A stretch of DNA of 64,000 nucleotides from a virus (taxonomy: Duplodnaviria; Caudoviricetes), in IMG/VR virus record IMGVR_UViG_3300025154_001556; one strand, given 5' to 3'. Positions 28,010 through 37,042 of this stretch are shown here, piece after piece. The notes under the pieces are model-generated. The model searched no databases. It was not told the DNA's origin and worked only from the letters and a program-made list of their open reading frames with translations. A program made the position numbers and the translations under genes. Numbering within the stretch: position 1 is the first letter of the stretch; every line of letters begins with the position of its first letter.

Positions 28010-28472
28010 GTTCTCATAAACTATATGACGAAATAGAGGCATCGCGCTTCTTATTTCTCATATAGTGAGAACAAAAAGCAAACAAACGAGTGGGTTGGTG
28101 CGGTGGGATAGCGGTAAAAGTACTTAAAGGTGGTTTCATTGAATGAATTGCCTCCCTTTAAGTACTTAACCAGGTGGTGGTTATAGTTAACACTAGTCTT
28201 TTGCAAGAGAAAGTGTCTTGAAAAATACTCTGTATACTATAATCGCTGCCTGGTTTATAAGTTTGATCTTTTGTTAGTAACAAAATATATCTGACATGTA
28301 TCATTAATATGAAAAGCACACCTTACTTCACATATGAATGGTATAGCAACAAATTACTACGTAAGCTGTAGCTCAGATAGGGGAATTCACGGTTTTTTCG
28401 CAATCAACGGGAATGAAAACAATCCTTCGCCTTATGGAGGCGGGTTCAGCCGTATCCGTTATAGAATTCCCC
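28010..28472 (+). other. non-coding region with four long stem-loops (candidate structured RNA)
   Basis: Inverted repeats at 28010-28072, 28118-28167, 28168-28255 (17 bp with several G-U pairs) and 28380-28472; strand assignment is assumed. Confidence 0.45.
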
Positions 28473-28506
28473 GCCTTTTTAATTTATAATGGTGGGGTAT
28501 TTATTT

Positions 28507-28821
28507 ATGAGTAAAGAGTTCGATATTGACGACTTTATGTTTGGTCTGGGATTTGGTTACGACCTCTCCTGCGGTGAAAACGGAAGAGACTCGTTTGATT
28601 ATGACCCAGAAGTTGATGATGTTCTTGAAATCTCTGCTGCTGATAGAGCAGATCTTATAGAAGATCTCGTCGAAATGACCGCTAACATGGAAGCAGGTGT
28701 TTCAAGTGCATCAACAGAGTTCGAGAAGGTGAGATTTTCAGATAGTATAATGGATCGAAGAAAACCTTTCGAGGTTTTTGTAGATCATTACATTCAGGAT
28801 CTTAACGATGGCCGAAGATAA
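28507..28821 (+). CDS. acidic hypothetical protein
   Basis: Asp/Glu-rich ORF overlapping the next start. Confidence 0.6.
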   Translation: MSKEFDIDDFMFGLGFGYDLSCGENGRDSFDYDPEVDDVLEISAADRADLIEDLVEMTANMEAGVSSASTEFEKVRFSDSIMDRRKPFEVFVDHYIQDLNDGRR

Positions 28822-29587
28822 CAGTAGAATGCTTAGATTGATTGCTAAACCAGGTTCAAAAGCGAGAAAAGATATCACAGCTGCTACTGGTATAGGCCGG
28901 TATACCGGAGACAAAAACAACTCTGTTGTAGCCATCATAAATTATGGTGTATGTGGGGATCATCTTAGCACTTTTCTGAAAAAATATCCAGTCGCGGCAA
29001 AAGTACCTATGCTAAACAAGGGCATAGGCTGTGCTAAATACACAGCAGTTAAGGCCGCAGAGAAAGAAGGTATTGTTGTACCTGAAACACGCCTAAGTCT
29101 TTCAAAAGAACACAAATTAACAGACTGGATAATTAAAAGACAGCATTCTATTGGTGGTATCGGGATAAAATATGCCCAGAATAAAAATCAAAACCCAGGG
29201 CACTATTATCAAAAGTTTGTATCAAACAGGAAGTATGAATTGCGTGTACATGCGTTTACTTGGACCAAATGTACGGTGCAAAAGCGCATTGGAAAGTCAG
29301 ACATTATAGCTTGGAACTTCAAAAATGGTGGACATTTCTTAAATGTACAGCAGCCAGAAAAGTACAAGCTATTCCGAGAAGCAGTACAAGTAGCATTGAA
29401 AATTCTTGAAATAAGAGCCATGGCTTTTGGTGCCGTGGATTTTATTGTGGATACTGAGGGAAAGTTATACTTTATTGAGGTGAATTCCTCCCCTGGTTTT
29501 ACTGACTTCAGTAAACACATATATGTTGATGCTTTCACAGCATTGACTAAATGTAGTAAAGCACAGATACTCGGTCTGTGTGCGTAA
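28808..29587 (+). CDS. ATP-grasp protein (second copy)
   Basis: WIIKRQHSIGGIGI, YYQKFV, YELRVHAF, FGAVDF, FIEVNSSPG. Confidence 0.85.
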   Translation: MAEDNSRMLRLIAKPGSKARKDITAATGIGRYTGDKNNSVVAIINYGVCGDHLSTFLKKYPVAAKVPMLNKGIGCAKYTAVKAAEKEGIVVPETRLSLSKEHKLTDWIIKRQHSIGGIGIKYAQNKNQNPGHYYQKFVSNRKYELRVHAFTWTKCTVQKRIGKSDIIAWNFKNGGHFLNVQQPEKYKLFREAVQVALKILEIRAMAFGAVDFIVDTEGKLYFIEVNSSPGFTDFSKHIYVDAFTALTKCSKAQILGLCA

Positions 29588-29910
29588 ATGCGCACCTTTG
29601 GTGCACATTGGTAAAAGACTTGCTGTATAAAGTGTTTTTGCTCGTAGCTAATGATTAGAGTGACGATTTATAATATAGAATATGAATAGCTCTAAAAGTT
29701 AAGTTGTTGTTCGAGCATAAAATACTGGCAGAGAGTTGTTTTACTGAGGACGAGTGGGATGATGGGTGGGTTGTCACCCTTTCTATGTAAAACTGTGTTG
29801 GCCTGTTCTTAGTGGAGTAGTTTACACGAAACGCGGAGACCGCCATGAATCATTTTGCTTGAAAGGGTGACTGTTTTTTATCCACAAAAACTTAGACAAT
29901 AGGTAATAAC

Positions 29911-30438
29911 GTGAATAAAGCACTGATCATTATAGATATGCTTAATGACTTCATCATGGAAAACGGCGCTTTATATTGTGGCAAAGCAGCTTCGGATATA
30001 GTAGCGCGGATAAAGGATAAATTGGAGTTGGCAAGAAAAAATAATGATGTGGTTATTTTTCTGTGCGATGCTCATAAATCGTACGATAAGGAATTTCAAC
30101 GTTTTCCAAAGCACGCTGTAATACATACAGTAGGTGCTCAAATAATTAACGATCTTTCCCCGGTGGAAAGAGGCCGCGAGTATGTTATTAAGAAAACGCG
30201 TTATAGTGGTTTCTATAATACCAATTTGAATGTGGTATTAAAATTAAATAATATAACACATGCGGAAGTTGTTGGTGTTTGTACCCACATCTGTGTGATG
30301 GACACGGTAGGGGGATTAGCCAACCGGGACATAGCTACTTTTATTGATAAGTCAGCTGTTGCTGATTTTGACAAGGCTGCTGCAGACGCCGCTCTCCTGC
30401 GTATGCAGTCTATATACGGAACAGTCGTGGTTCCGTAG
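29911..30438 (+). CDS. pncA: nicotinamidase (isochorismatase family)
   Basis: LIIIDMLNDF, GALY, D.H, FPKHA, KTRYSGF, VGVCTHICV (catalytic D, K, C); family alone is ambiguous but operon context supports PncA; GTG start. Confidence 0.85.
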   Translation: MNKALIIIDMLNDFIMENGALYCGKAASDIVARIKDKLELARKNNDVVIFLCDAHKSYDKEFQRFPKHAVIHTVGAQIINDLSPVERGREYVIKKTRYSGFYNTNLNVVLKLNNITHAEVVGVCTHICVMDTVGGLANRDIATFIDKSAVADFDKAAADAALLRMQSIYGTVVVP

Positions 30439-30451
30439 TTGTTTCTCCAAT

Positions 30452-30483
30452 GATGGGCGGGGTGGGAGACTACCCTGCCCATC
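30452..30483 (+). promoter_or_regulatory. GC-rich intergenic hairpin between pncA and the radical SAM gene
   Basis: GATGGGCGGGGTG / TACCCTGCCCATC stem with G-U pairs; no U tract, so it may be a processing or stabilising hairpin. Confidence 0.4.
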
Positions 30484-30499
30484 TCTTACGAGGACCATA

Positions 30500-31360
30500 A
30501 TGAAAAAGATAAGCACTTTATCTGTTGTAACCGGCACCAATAGCTGCAATGCAAAATGCCCATTTTGTATAGCCAGAATGACTCCGCAACAAAGTGCTAT
30601 GAACAACATCAATTATCGTAATTTGGACATAGCCTGTCGCTTGGCGGAAAAAGCCGGCGCTGTAACCGCACTAATAACTGGTAAAGGTGAACCTACCTTA
30701 TACCCAGATACCATCTCTTTCTACCTCACAAACCTCTCCAAGTACTTTCCAATCCTTGAATTACAAACCAACGGTTTGATACTCCCCGATGATAAATATA
30801 ATAAGTTTTTAAAAAGTTGGTACGGTCTTGGCCTTACAACAATATCCTTATCCATCGTACATTATAATGACTCCCGAAATAAGGAAATATACACTGGTAA
30901 TAGGGATTATATCAACTTACAATTGTTAATAAACAAGTTGCATAATTACGGATTTAGTGTTAGACTAAGTGTAATCGCGCTGAAAAATTATATAGATTCA
31001 CCGATGGAAATCGCCCGTATGATTAAATTTGCTAAGGATAATAAAGTTGCACAACTAACCATAAGACCTATGGTAGTTTATGAAGCAACGGCCAATAAAA
31101 AAGTTTTAAACTGGGCATTATCCCACACCATCGGCCCTAATTGGGAAGACATTGTTGCTAAAACACTAAGTAAAATAAAAAATACCTTCTTAATGAATCT
31201 TACTCATGGTGGTAAAGTATACGATGTCTCCGGACAAAATGTGTGTTTCAATACTTGTTTAACTTTAAACCCAAACGAGGATGAATTGAGGCAATTAATT
31301 TATTTTCCTGATGGAAAAATAACCTATGATTGGAGATATAAGGGAGCTAGAATAATATGA
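30500..31360 (+). CDS. radical SAM protein
   Basis: CNAKCPFC (CxxxCxxC), TGKGEPTL, LQTNG, SLS; AGGA RBS before ATG 30500. Confidence 0.88.
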   Translation: MKKISTLSVVTGTNSCNAKCPFCIARMTPQQSAMNNINYRNLDIACRLAEKAGAVTALITGKGEPTLYPDTISFYLTNLSKYFPILELQTNGLILPDDKYNKFLKSWYGLGLTTISLSIVHYNDSRNKEIYTGNRDYINLQLLINKLHNYGFSVRLSVIALKNYIDSPMEIARMIKFAKDNKVAQLTIRPMVVYEATANKKVLNWALSHTIGPNWEDIVAKTLSKIKNTFLMNLTHGGKVYDVSGQNVCFNTCLTLNPNEDELRQLIYFPDGKITYDWRYKGARII

Positions 31361-32676
31361 AATCAACGGCAGACTTTCACATGAGACCATTAATAAACAG
31401 TTTATTGGATAATGACGCGTATACATTTTATATGTGCCAATTCATACTAAGCAGATTTAAAGGTACCATTGCTAAATATAAATACAAATGCCGTAATGGT
31501 AACGGTTTTCCTGCTGACATTAGTTATGATCAAAAACACTCATTCGTAGCAATGATGAATAGTCAAATAGACTCTTTCTGTAAATTACGATTTAATGAAA
31601 CGGAAATTCGATTTTTACGGGGGACAGGAAAATTTAAAGAGTACTTCTTAGATTTTCTTAGAACACTTACTTTGGATAGATCTCATATAAAAGCTACACT
31701 TGTAGGTGGTGCTTTATATATTGAGATAGAAGGCCCAATAGAACAGGTAATCTGGTATGAAACACCGGTGCTTGCTTTAAATAGCGAGCTGTATTATCGT
31801 TTTTATGATATCACACTGGACAAATATATTGACAATCAAGCCAACTTTAAACCAGCGTATTTATTTACAATAAAAAATAGTGAGAGACATGCAAATAGTT
31901 TAAATGTGGCTAGGAAAAAGTTGCTCGCTAAAATAGAGAAGATACGTAAAACCAATCTACCCGGTTTCAATATCATTGATTTTGGAACAAGAAGGAGGGC
32001 TGCATTTGATTGGCATGAGAAGGTAGTGGCCACACTTCACAAGGAAATACCTGATGTTTTAAAAGGTACCTCTAACTGTTATTTGGCCATGAAATATGGT
32101 TTGCCTATGATCGGTACTATGGCACATCAAATGTTTCAAATGTATCAACAAATTACTTCTGCCTATGATAGCCAGATAGACTTGCTGACTGCTTGGCGAG
32201 AGGAGTATGGGGATAAATTATTAATTGCTTTAAGTGATATATTTGGCTTTGAAGCCTTCCTATCCGATTTTAGGCACTTTGCTGATCAATACTCTGGGGT
32301 TCGCCATGACAGCGGTAACCCTTATATTTGGTGTGACAAATTGTTGCAGCTTTATAATAAGCGGAATATTGACGCAAAGAGTAAGACTGCTGTTTTTAGT
32401 GACGGCTTAGATGTGGATAAAGCCCTCAATCTTTACGCCACTTTTTACAACAAAATAAATGTAGCCATTGCTATTGGCACCAACCTTACAAATGATACAG
32501 ATGTCGAAGCATTACAAATTGTAATTAAACTCGTTGAGTTTAACCACGGCCCGGTAGCAAAAGTGAGTGACTCTCCTGGAAAAGGGATGTGCGAGAGTAA
32601 AGAGTATGAGGAATACATAAGCTACATTGTAAGCCGAAAAGAAAAGGAGTACAAAGAATGGCTAGAAAACAAGTAG
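31357..32676 (+). CDS. pncB: nicotinate phosphoribosyltransferase
   Basis: SLLDNDAYTFYMCQ, IWYETPVL, DFGTRRR, GTSN, GTMAHQ, ALSD, GVRHDSG, FSDGL, IGTNLTND, IVIKL, AKVSDSPGK. Confidence 0.95.
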   Translation: MKSTADFHMRPLINSLLDNDAYTFYMCQFILSRFKGTIAKYKYKCRNGNGFPADISYDQKHSFVAMMNSQIDSFCKLRFNETEIRFLRGTGKFKEYFLDFLRTLTLDRSHIKATLVGGALYIEIEGPIEQVIWYETPVLALNSELYYRFYDITLDKYIDNQANFKPAYLFTIKNSERHANSLNVARKKLLAKIEKIRKTNLPGFNIIDFGTRRRAAFDWHEKVVATLHKEIPDVLKGTSNCYLAMKYGLPMIGTMAHQMFQMYQQITSAYDSQIDLLTAWREEYGDKLLIALSDIFGFEAFLSDFRHFADQYSGVRHDSGNPYIWCDKLLQLYNKRNIDAKSKTAVFSDGLDVDKALNLYATFYNKINVAIAIGTNLTNDTDVEALQIVIKLVEFNHGPVAKVSDSPGKGMCESKEYEEYISYIVSRKEKEYKEWLENK

Positions 32677-33266
32677 CCTTATTTGGTGGGGCATTTGATC
32701 CTGTAACATTAGGACATATATTGGTAGCAAAGATGATGCTCGGGGTAGCAAATTTTGATAAGATATGGTTCTTGCCGAGCTATCATTCCTGGAATGATAA
32801 AAATATGCAGGACGCCAATCACCGTTTAAACATGTTAAAGTTAACATGTAATGACATTTCTGATAAACGTATAAATGTTTGTTCCTACGAGATAGCCAAC
32901 AAGTTGATAGAACCAACAGTTGTTGTTTTAGATCGCTTGGCCTCATATATCGATGCGGATTTTTTCTTTTGTATCGGAACAGATCAAGCCGCAGAGATTG
33001 AAACTTGGCATGAGTGGGAACGTTTGATAAGTCAGTACTCATTTGTAGTTATGGAGCGTCCAGGTAGCCCGTATGTAGAGGGCAGTTGGTATACTATCGG
33101 AAAACATAAATTTGTTAAATGTACCTCCGGCATAGGCAACGTGTCTTCTACTGAGGTACGTAAGGAAATTGCCAGAGAGGGTATATCATACAATGTGACA
33201 CAATCTGTAATGCAATATATTAAAGATAATAACCTTTATAAGGGGGCTTTGAAAATAAATGCTTAG
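32658..33266 (+). CDS. nadD: nicotinate-nucleotide adenylyltransferase
   Basis: ALFGGAFDPVTLGH, HRLNML, FCIGTD, W..WE.L, VSSTEVR, V..YI..NNLY. Confidence 0.92.
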   Translation: MARKQVALFGGAFDPVTLGHILVAKMMLGVANFDKIWFLPSYHSWNDKNMQDANHRLNMLKLTCNDISDKRINVCSYEIANKLIEPTVVVLDRLASYIDADFFFCIGTDQAAEIETWHEWERLISQYSFVVMERPGSPYVEGSWYTIGKHKFVKCTSGIGNVSSTEVRKEIAREGISYNVTQSVMQYIKDNNLYKGALKINA

Positions 33267-34089
33267 TATTAGTGCAGAGTACAATAAAATGTATAACAAC
33301 ATTTTGGCCGAGGGTATGGAGTACGTGCGAAGGAGCCGTCTGGAATCTTTGGTGATTGGTATTTCAGGTGGTATAGATAGTGCCTTAGTGGCTGCCTTGG
33401 CACGCGTTATTTGTGACGAGACGGGTATTACCCTTATAGGCAGAAGTATGCCTATTGTAACAAATAAACCGGATGAAATAGCACGCGCTTCCGCCATTGG
33501 TAAATGCTTTTGTGATGACTTTGAGACAGTATCCTTGGATGATGTCTACAATAATCTGTATAAATCCATATCAAATCCGGCCAGGCATGATATCACTACA
33601 AAAGCAGAGAGGATTCGCCGTGGTAATGTAAAAGCAAGAACTCGCATGATACTACTGTATGATTTGGCCCATCTTAATAACGGTCTTGTTTTGTCAACAG
33701 ATAATTATACGGAGCTGCTGCTTGGCTTTTGGACAATGCATGGTGATGTTGGCGACTATGGCATGATACAGAATCTGTGGAAAACTGAAGTGTACGGGCT
33801 GGCGGCTTGGCTCTGTAAAAAGTATGCCATGAACGACGCCGTGGATAAAGCAGAAGCACTTAACGCGTGTATAACAGCGGTACCGACTGATGGTCTGGGT
33901 GTAACCGACAGTGATTTCGATCAACTCGGCCTTCGTCGCTACACAGACATCGACAACGTCCTACTCAAATACATCACAGATGGTGTGGAAGAGGATGATA
34001 GTCCGGTTGTGCTTCGCTACAAAAATACGCATTACAAAAGGAATAACCCAATAAATCTTACACGAAATAAGATTTTGGGAATAATGTAA
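33259..34089 (+). CDS. nadE: ammonia-dependent NAD+ synthetase
   Basis: GISGGIDSALVA, GNVKARTRM..LY, STDNYTE..LG..TMHGD, LWKTEVY.LA, PTDGL; no glutaminase domain. Confidence 0.93.
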   Translation: MLSISAEYNKMYNNILAEGMEYVRRSRLESLVIGISGGIDSALVAALARVICDETGITLIGRSMPIVTNKPDEIARASAIGKCFCDDFETVSLDDVYNNLYKSISNPARHDITTKAERIRRGNVKARTRMILLYDLAHLNNGLVLSTDNYTELLLGFWTMHGDVGDYGMIQNLWKTEVYGLAAWLCKKYAMNDAVDKAEALNACITAVPTDGLGVTDSDFDQLGLRRYTDIDNVLLKYITDGVEEDDSPVVLRYKNTHYKRNNPINLTRNKILGIM

Positions 34090-34120
34090 TAAGACAAAAC
34101 ACTGACTAAAAGGAGTTACT

Positions 34121-35371
34121 ATGGGCTCTTTCAATGTAGCTTGCTCAATTAGTAATGTAAGTATTAATGCTGGCCAACGTATAGCATTTATTCCGTTGGT
34201 AATAAAGCGGCATTTAGCCAAAGATGGTAAACTACCAATACCCAACCAGATGCTCATTGAGCCCGACTCATTATTAACTCCTTTTTGTTTACCAATCTTT
34301 GGTAAATATAATGATTATGGTTCGATAGAACACATAGAAAAGGATGCAAACACCGAGGCCATTGAAGCATATATGGGTATGCCCATAGAATCCTTTGTTG
34401 ATTGCATTACTTGTGGTAGAGAGCCTCATGATTATTTCGGCGATTTATTTAAACATTTTGCCACCAATGGAACTCGTGGTGTAGTTAGAGATTATCGAGT
34501 TCATTTTGATGGTAAATACCTGGAACAAGTGGGTTTTAAACGACTTGACATACCGGGAGAAGCCTGGTATGATTATATTTATGAGGACTTTCCTTACCTG
34601 GTTAAACTCATAGCTGGCTATGATCAACGACCTATTTACCCTAATAATGGACATCGTATTATGGGTATAGGCTTTGAAGTATACGATCATACTGGAAGTG
34701 TGGTTTATACGGGCAGTCATTACGACGCAAAGTCGGCCCTACCCAAAGCATTCTTAGCGCTTACTGACTACTTTATTTACGTTAATAAAGAAGACCAGGA
34801 AAAAGTTAAGTTGCTTAAAAGTATGTCTGGTATGTTTATACATAGTGACATCTGGGATTATATGATAAACATGCCAGGGCGTGAAAAAGAGCTGTTTAAC
34901 CTAAGCTTTGACGAATTACAACAAAAGATAATAGCCTATGATAACGGTGAGGAGGACTACTTTACACATACTGTGCCGTCTGTTGAGAAACAGCTTACAG
35001 AGCATAACATGTTATGTGCAATACTGGAAAAGGTGGAAGACTTTGTACCGAATCAACCTGGAAGCACACTTAAAATATCTCAACCATTCTTTGTAGATCC
35101 TATAAAGGCGGTTGTTACTGAAAACTATTTTCATAGATTCTTTAACAATTGGCCGTACTTTGCCCCAGTCTATCGCGCGGCAATAAAGGATGACAGTATA
35201 AAGGAATACTTCATGAATTATTGTAGCTTTTATTGGGAGATGTATTCCACCAACAGATTCTTCTTTCCTGGTATGAATGGTGAACAGTCTGGTAATACAG
35301 AAGCGTCATTGCGTCTTGCAAGGCAAACAGTTAAACTTTTAGAGGAGAGGCAAAAAGAAGAAAATGAGTGA
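34121..35371 (+). CDS. hypothetical protein
   Basis: 416 aa ORF with AAGGAG RBS. Confidence 0.75.
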   Translation: MGSFNVACSISNVSINAGQRIAFIPLVIKRHLAKDGKLPIPNQMLIEPDSLLTPFCLPIFGKYNDYGSIEHIEKDANTEAIEAYMGMPIESFVDCITCGREPHDYFGDLFKHFATNGTRGVVRDYRVHFDGKYLEQVGFKRLDIPGEAWYDYIYEDFPYLVKLIAGYDQRPIYPNNGHRIMGIGFEVYDHTGSVVYTGSHYDAKSALPKAFLALTDYFIYVNKEDQEKVKLLKSMSGMFIHSDIWDYMINMPGREKELFNLSFDELQQKIIAYDNGEEDYFTHTVPSVEKQLTEHNMLCAILEKVEDFVPNQPGSTLKISQPFFVDPIKAVVTENYFHRFFNNWPYFAPVYRAAIKDDSIKEYFMNYCSFYWEMYSTNRFFFPGMNGEQSGNTEASLRLARQTVKLLEERQKEENE

Positions 35372-35528
35372 CAAAAATAAAAAACCTAACTGGACTAATT
35401 GTAAAGACTGCGTGTGCCCCAAGTGTAAGGGCGGCAGAACACAGTGCAGAGAGAATGACCGCGGCGACTTTGAACACAGGTGTTTAGACTGTAAAAATAC
35501 CTGGTGGATTGATGGAGCTGATTATTAA
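35364..35528 (+). CDS. small Zn-ribbon protein (54 aa, not in the ORF track)
   Basis: Manual translation MSDKNKKPNWTNCKDCVCPKCKGGRTQCRENDRGDFEHRCLDCKNTWWIDGADY with CPKC and CLDC. Confidence 0.6.
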   Translation: MSDKNKKPNWTNCKDCVCPKCKGGRTQCRENDRGDFEHRCLDCKNTWWIDGADY

Positions 35529-35557
35529 TGTGACTTGTAAAGGGTGGGGGTTTATTT

Positions 35558-35998
35558 ATGACAACATTTAAAGATATTAAACTAAAAGTCCTACCCTTAC
35601 CAAGCTTCTTTTATTTTTATAGAAGGCTGTTGGGGGAAGAAATCACATTAACTGAGTGTGTTGAAAACTATTCCGGTTATGTCCATGAGATCAGGCCAAT
35701 GGTTGGAAGAGACGGTTGGTACTATGATAGAGTAAACAACTTTGCTTGGTTCGAGGTGGATAAAAGAGCTTTTGTAGATTTAACACCTGAAAGTTTTGTA
35801 TATGAATTGAAAATGCTTAATCATATACCACTGCCGGCCAAAGTAAAACGTGCTATAACAGTGTTGAAGAATTACAATGCGTGCCCTGCTGATCTTAAAG
35901 AGCTTATCTATACGGATGAGTGCTTCTTAATGGGACAACAGGCATATAGAAGTGCCACACTCGCCAGGTTGAGGGTACGAAGACGTTTTAGGAAATAG
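35558..35998 (+). CDS. hypothetical protein
   Basis: 146 aa ORF in operon orientation. Confidence 0.65.
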   Translation: MTTFKDIKLKVLPLPSFFYFYRRLLGEEITLTECVENYSGYVHEIRPMVGRDGWYYDRVNNFAWFEVDKRAFVDLTPESFVYELKMLNHIPLPAKVKRAITVLKNYNACPADLKELIYTDECFLMGQQAYRSATLARLRVRRRFRK

Positions 35999-36010
35999 GG
36001 GGCTTAAGCA

Positions 36011-36166
36011 ATGCTGGGAATTAACTACACCTATATAGACTGTGATAAGCGCAGCTGTAAATATAACAAACACGGCGCCTGCGATCCTCCAGAAGACAGG
36101 GAAGGCGATGGTCGTATAAAGCTTGTTAATGGTAAATGTATTACGTATCAAAGTAAAACAAGGTAA
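36011..36166 (+). CDS. small Cys-containing protein, DUF1540-like (51 aa, not in the ORF track)
   Basis: Manual translation contains CDKRSCKYNKHGAC ... C pattern. Confidence 0.5.
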   Translation: MLGINYTYIDCDKRSCKYNKHGACDPPEDREGDGRIKLVNGKCITYQSKTR

Positions 36167-36175
36167 GTGAGCGCC

Positions 36176-36811
36176 ATGAAATATTACAAGTACCCAAGAA
36201 CTCTACACCTTCCTTGGAGTCCTGGCAAAACAAATGATGACAAAGTATTAAAAGACGCCTCCCATTTTCTTGGAAAAGAAATAGTCATGTCATTGAAAAT
36301 GGACGGGGAGGCGACAACTTTATATAATAATCACATGCATGCCAGATCTATTGATTCTAAGGACCATCCATCCAGGCACTGGTTAAAAGCCCTTCATAGT
36401 GCCATTAGCGGCTTAATACCCGATGGCCATAGGGTATGTGGTGAGAACCTCTACGCATGCCACAGCATACCTTACAATGCGTTATTGAGCTATTTCCAGG
36501 TATACTCTGTGTGGAATGATAAAAATATATGTTTACCTTGGGATATAACCGTTGATGTTTGTAAGCACATGGGTTTAATTACAGTACCTGTTATTTGGAG
36601 GGGCACAGTAAACGATAACCTTGAAACACTCTTACAGGATTTATTTAAACCTTACGCAAATGAGCATGAAGGTTACGTCATACGTACTGCCGACTCTTTT
36701 CCATATGATGAATTTGGTACGCATGTTGCTAAGTATGTAAGGAAAAATCATGTACAGACCGACGGACACTGGTTGAATCAATCAGTAGTTAAGAACAAAC
36801 TTAAACTGTGA
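36176..36811 (+). CDS. ATP-dependent RNA ligase family protein
   Basis: YKYPRTLHLPWSPG, KMDGE (motif I), ARS, CGENLYA.HSI.Y, EGYVIR, AKYVR. Confidence 0.82.
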   Translation: MKYYKYPRTLHLPWSPGKTNDDKVLKDASHFLGKEIVMSLKMDGEATTLYNNHMHARSIDSKDHPSRHWLKALHSAISGLIPDGHRVCGENLYACHSIPYNALLSYFQVYSVWNDKNICLPWDITVDVCKHMGLITVPVIWRGTVNDNLETLLQDLFKPYANEHEGYVIRTADSFPYDEFGTHVAKYVRKNHVQTDGHWLNQSVVKNKLKL

Positions 36812-36823
36812 GGCACTGCTAGC

Positions 36824-37027
36824 ATGTCCAGCAAAAAGCTTAATGTGTTTGTGTACACACTACTATATGGTGACTTACATGAGGTACCACTCAGTGTACT
36901 TGGTGAACACTGCCCCAGCGAAGAAGTATACCGCTCTTTTGATGAGGAGCAGAAGCTACGACTACATGCCGCGGCGACGCTACAAAAACGTTTTGATGAA
37001 GTAATACCAAATAAACTATTAAAATAG
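36824..37027 (+). CDS. hypothetical protein
   Basis: 67 aa ORF filling the gap between genes. Confidence 0.55.
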   Translation: MSSKKLNVFVYTLLYGDLHEVPLSVLGEHCPSEEVYRSFDEEQKLRLHAAATLQKRFDEVIPNKLLK

Positions 37028-37042
37028 GAAAGAAACATTAAT

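Noticed and set aside
28218-28243. sigma70 promoter TTGAAA...TATAAT downstream of rsr
   Set aside because: The spacer is only 14 bp, and the site lies inside a predicted RNA stem-loop.
29651-29790. Possible frameshifted small ORF (MIRVTIYNIEYE... then ALKVKLLFEHKILAESCFTEDEWDDGWVVTLSM)
   Set aside because: It needs an assumed one-base shift, has no recognisable homology and is very short. It cannot be distinguished from chance.
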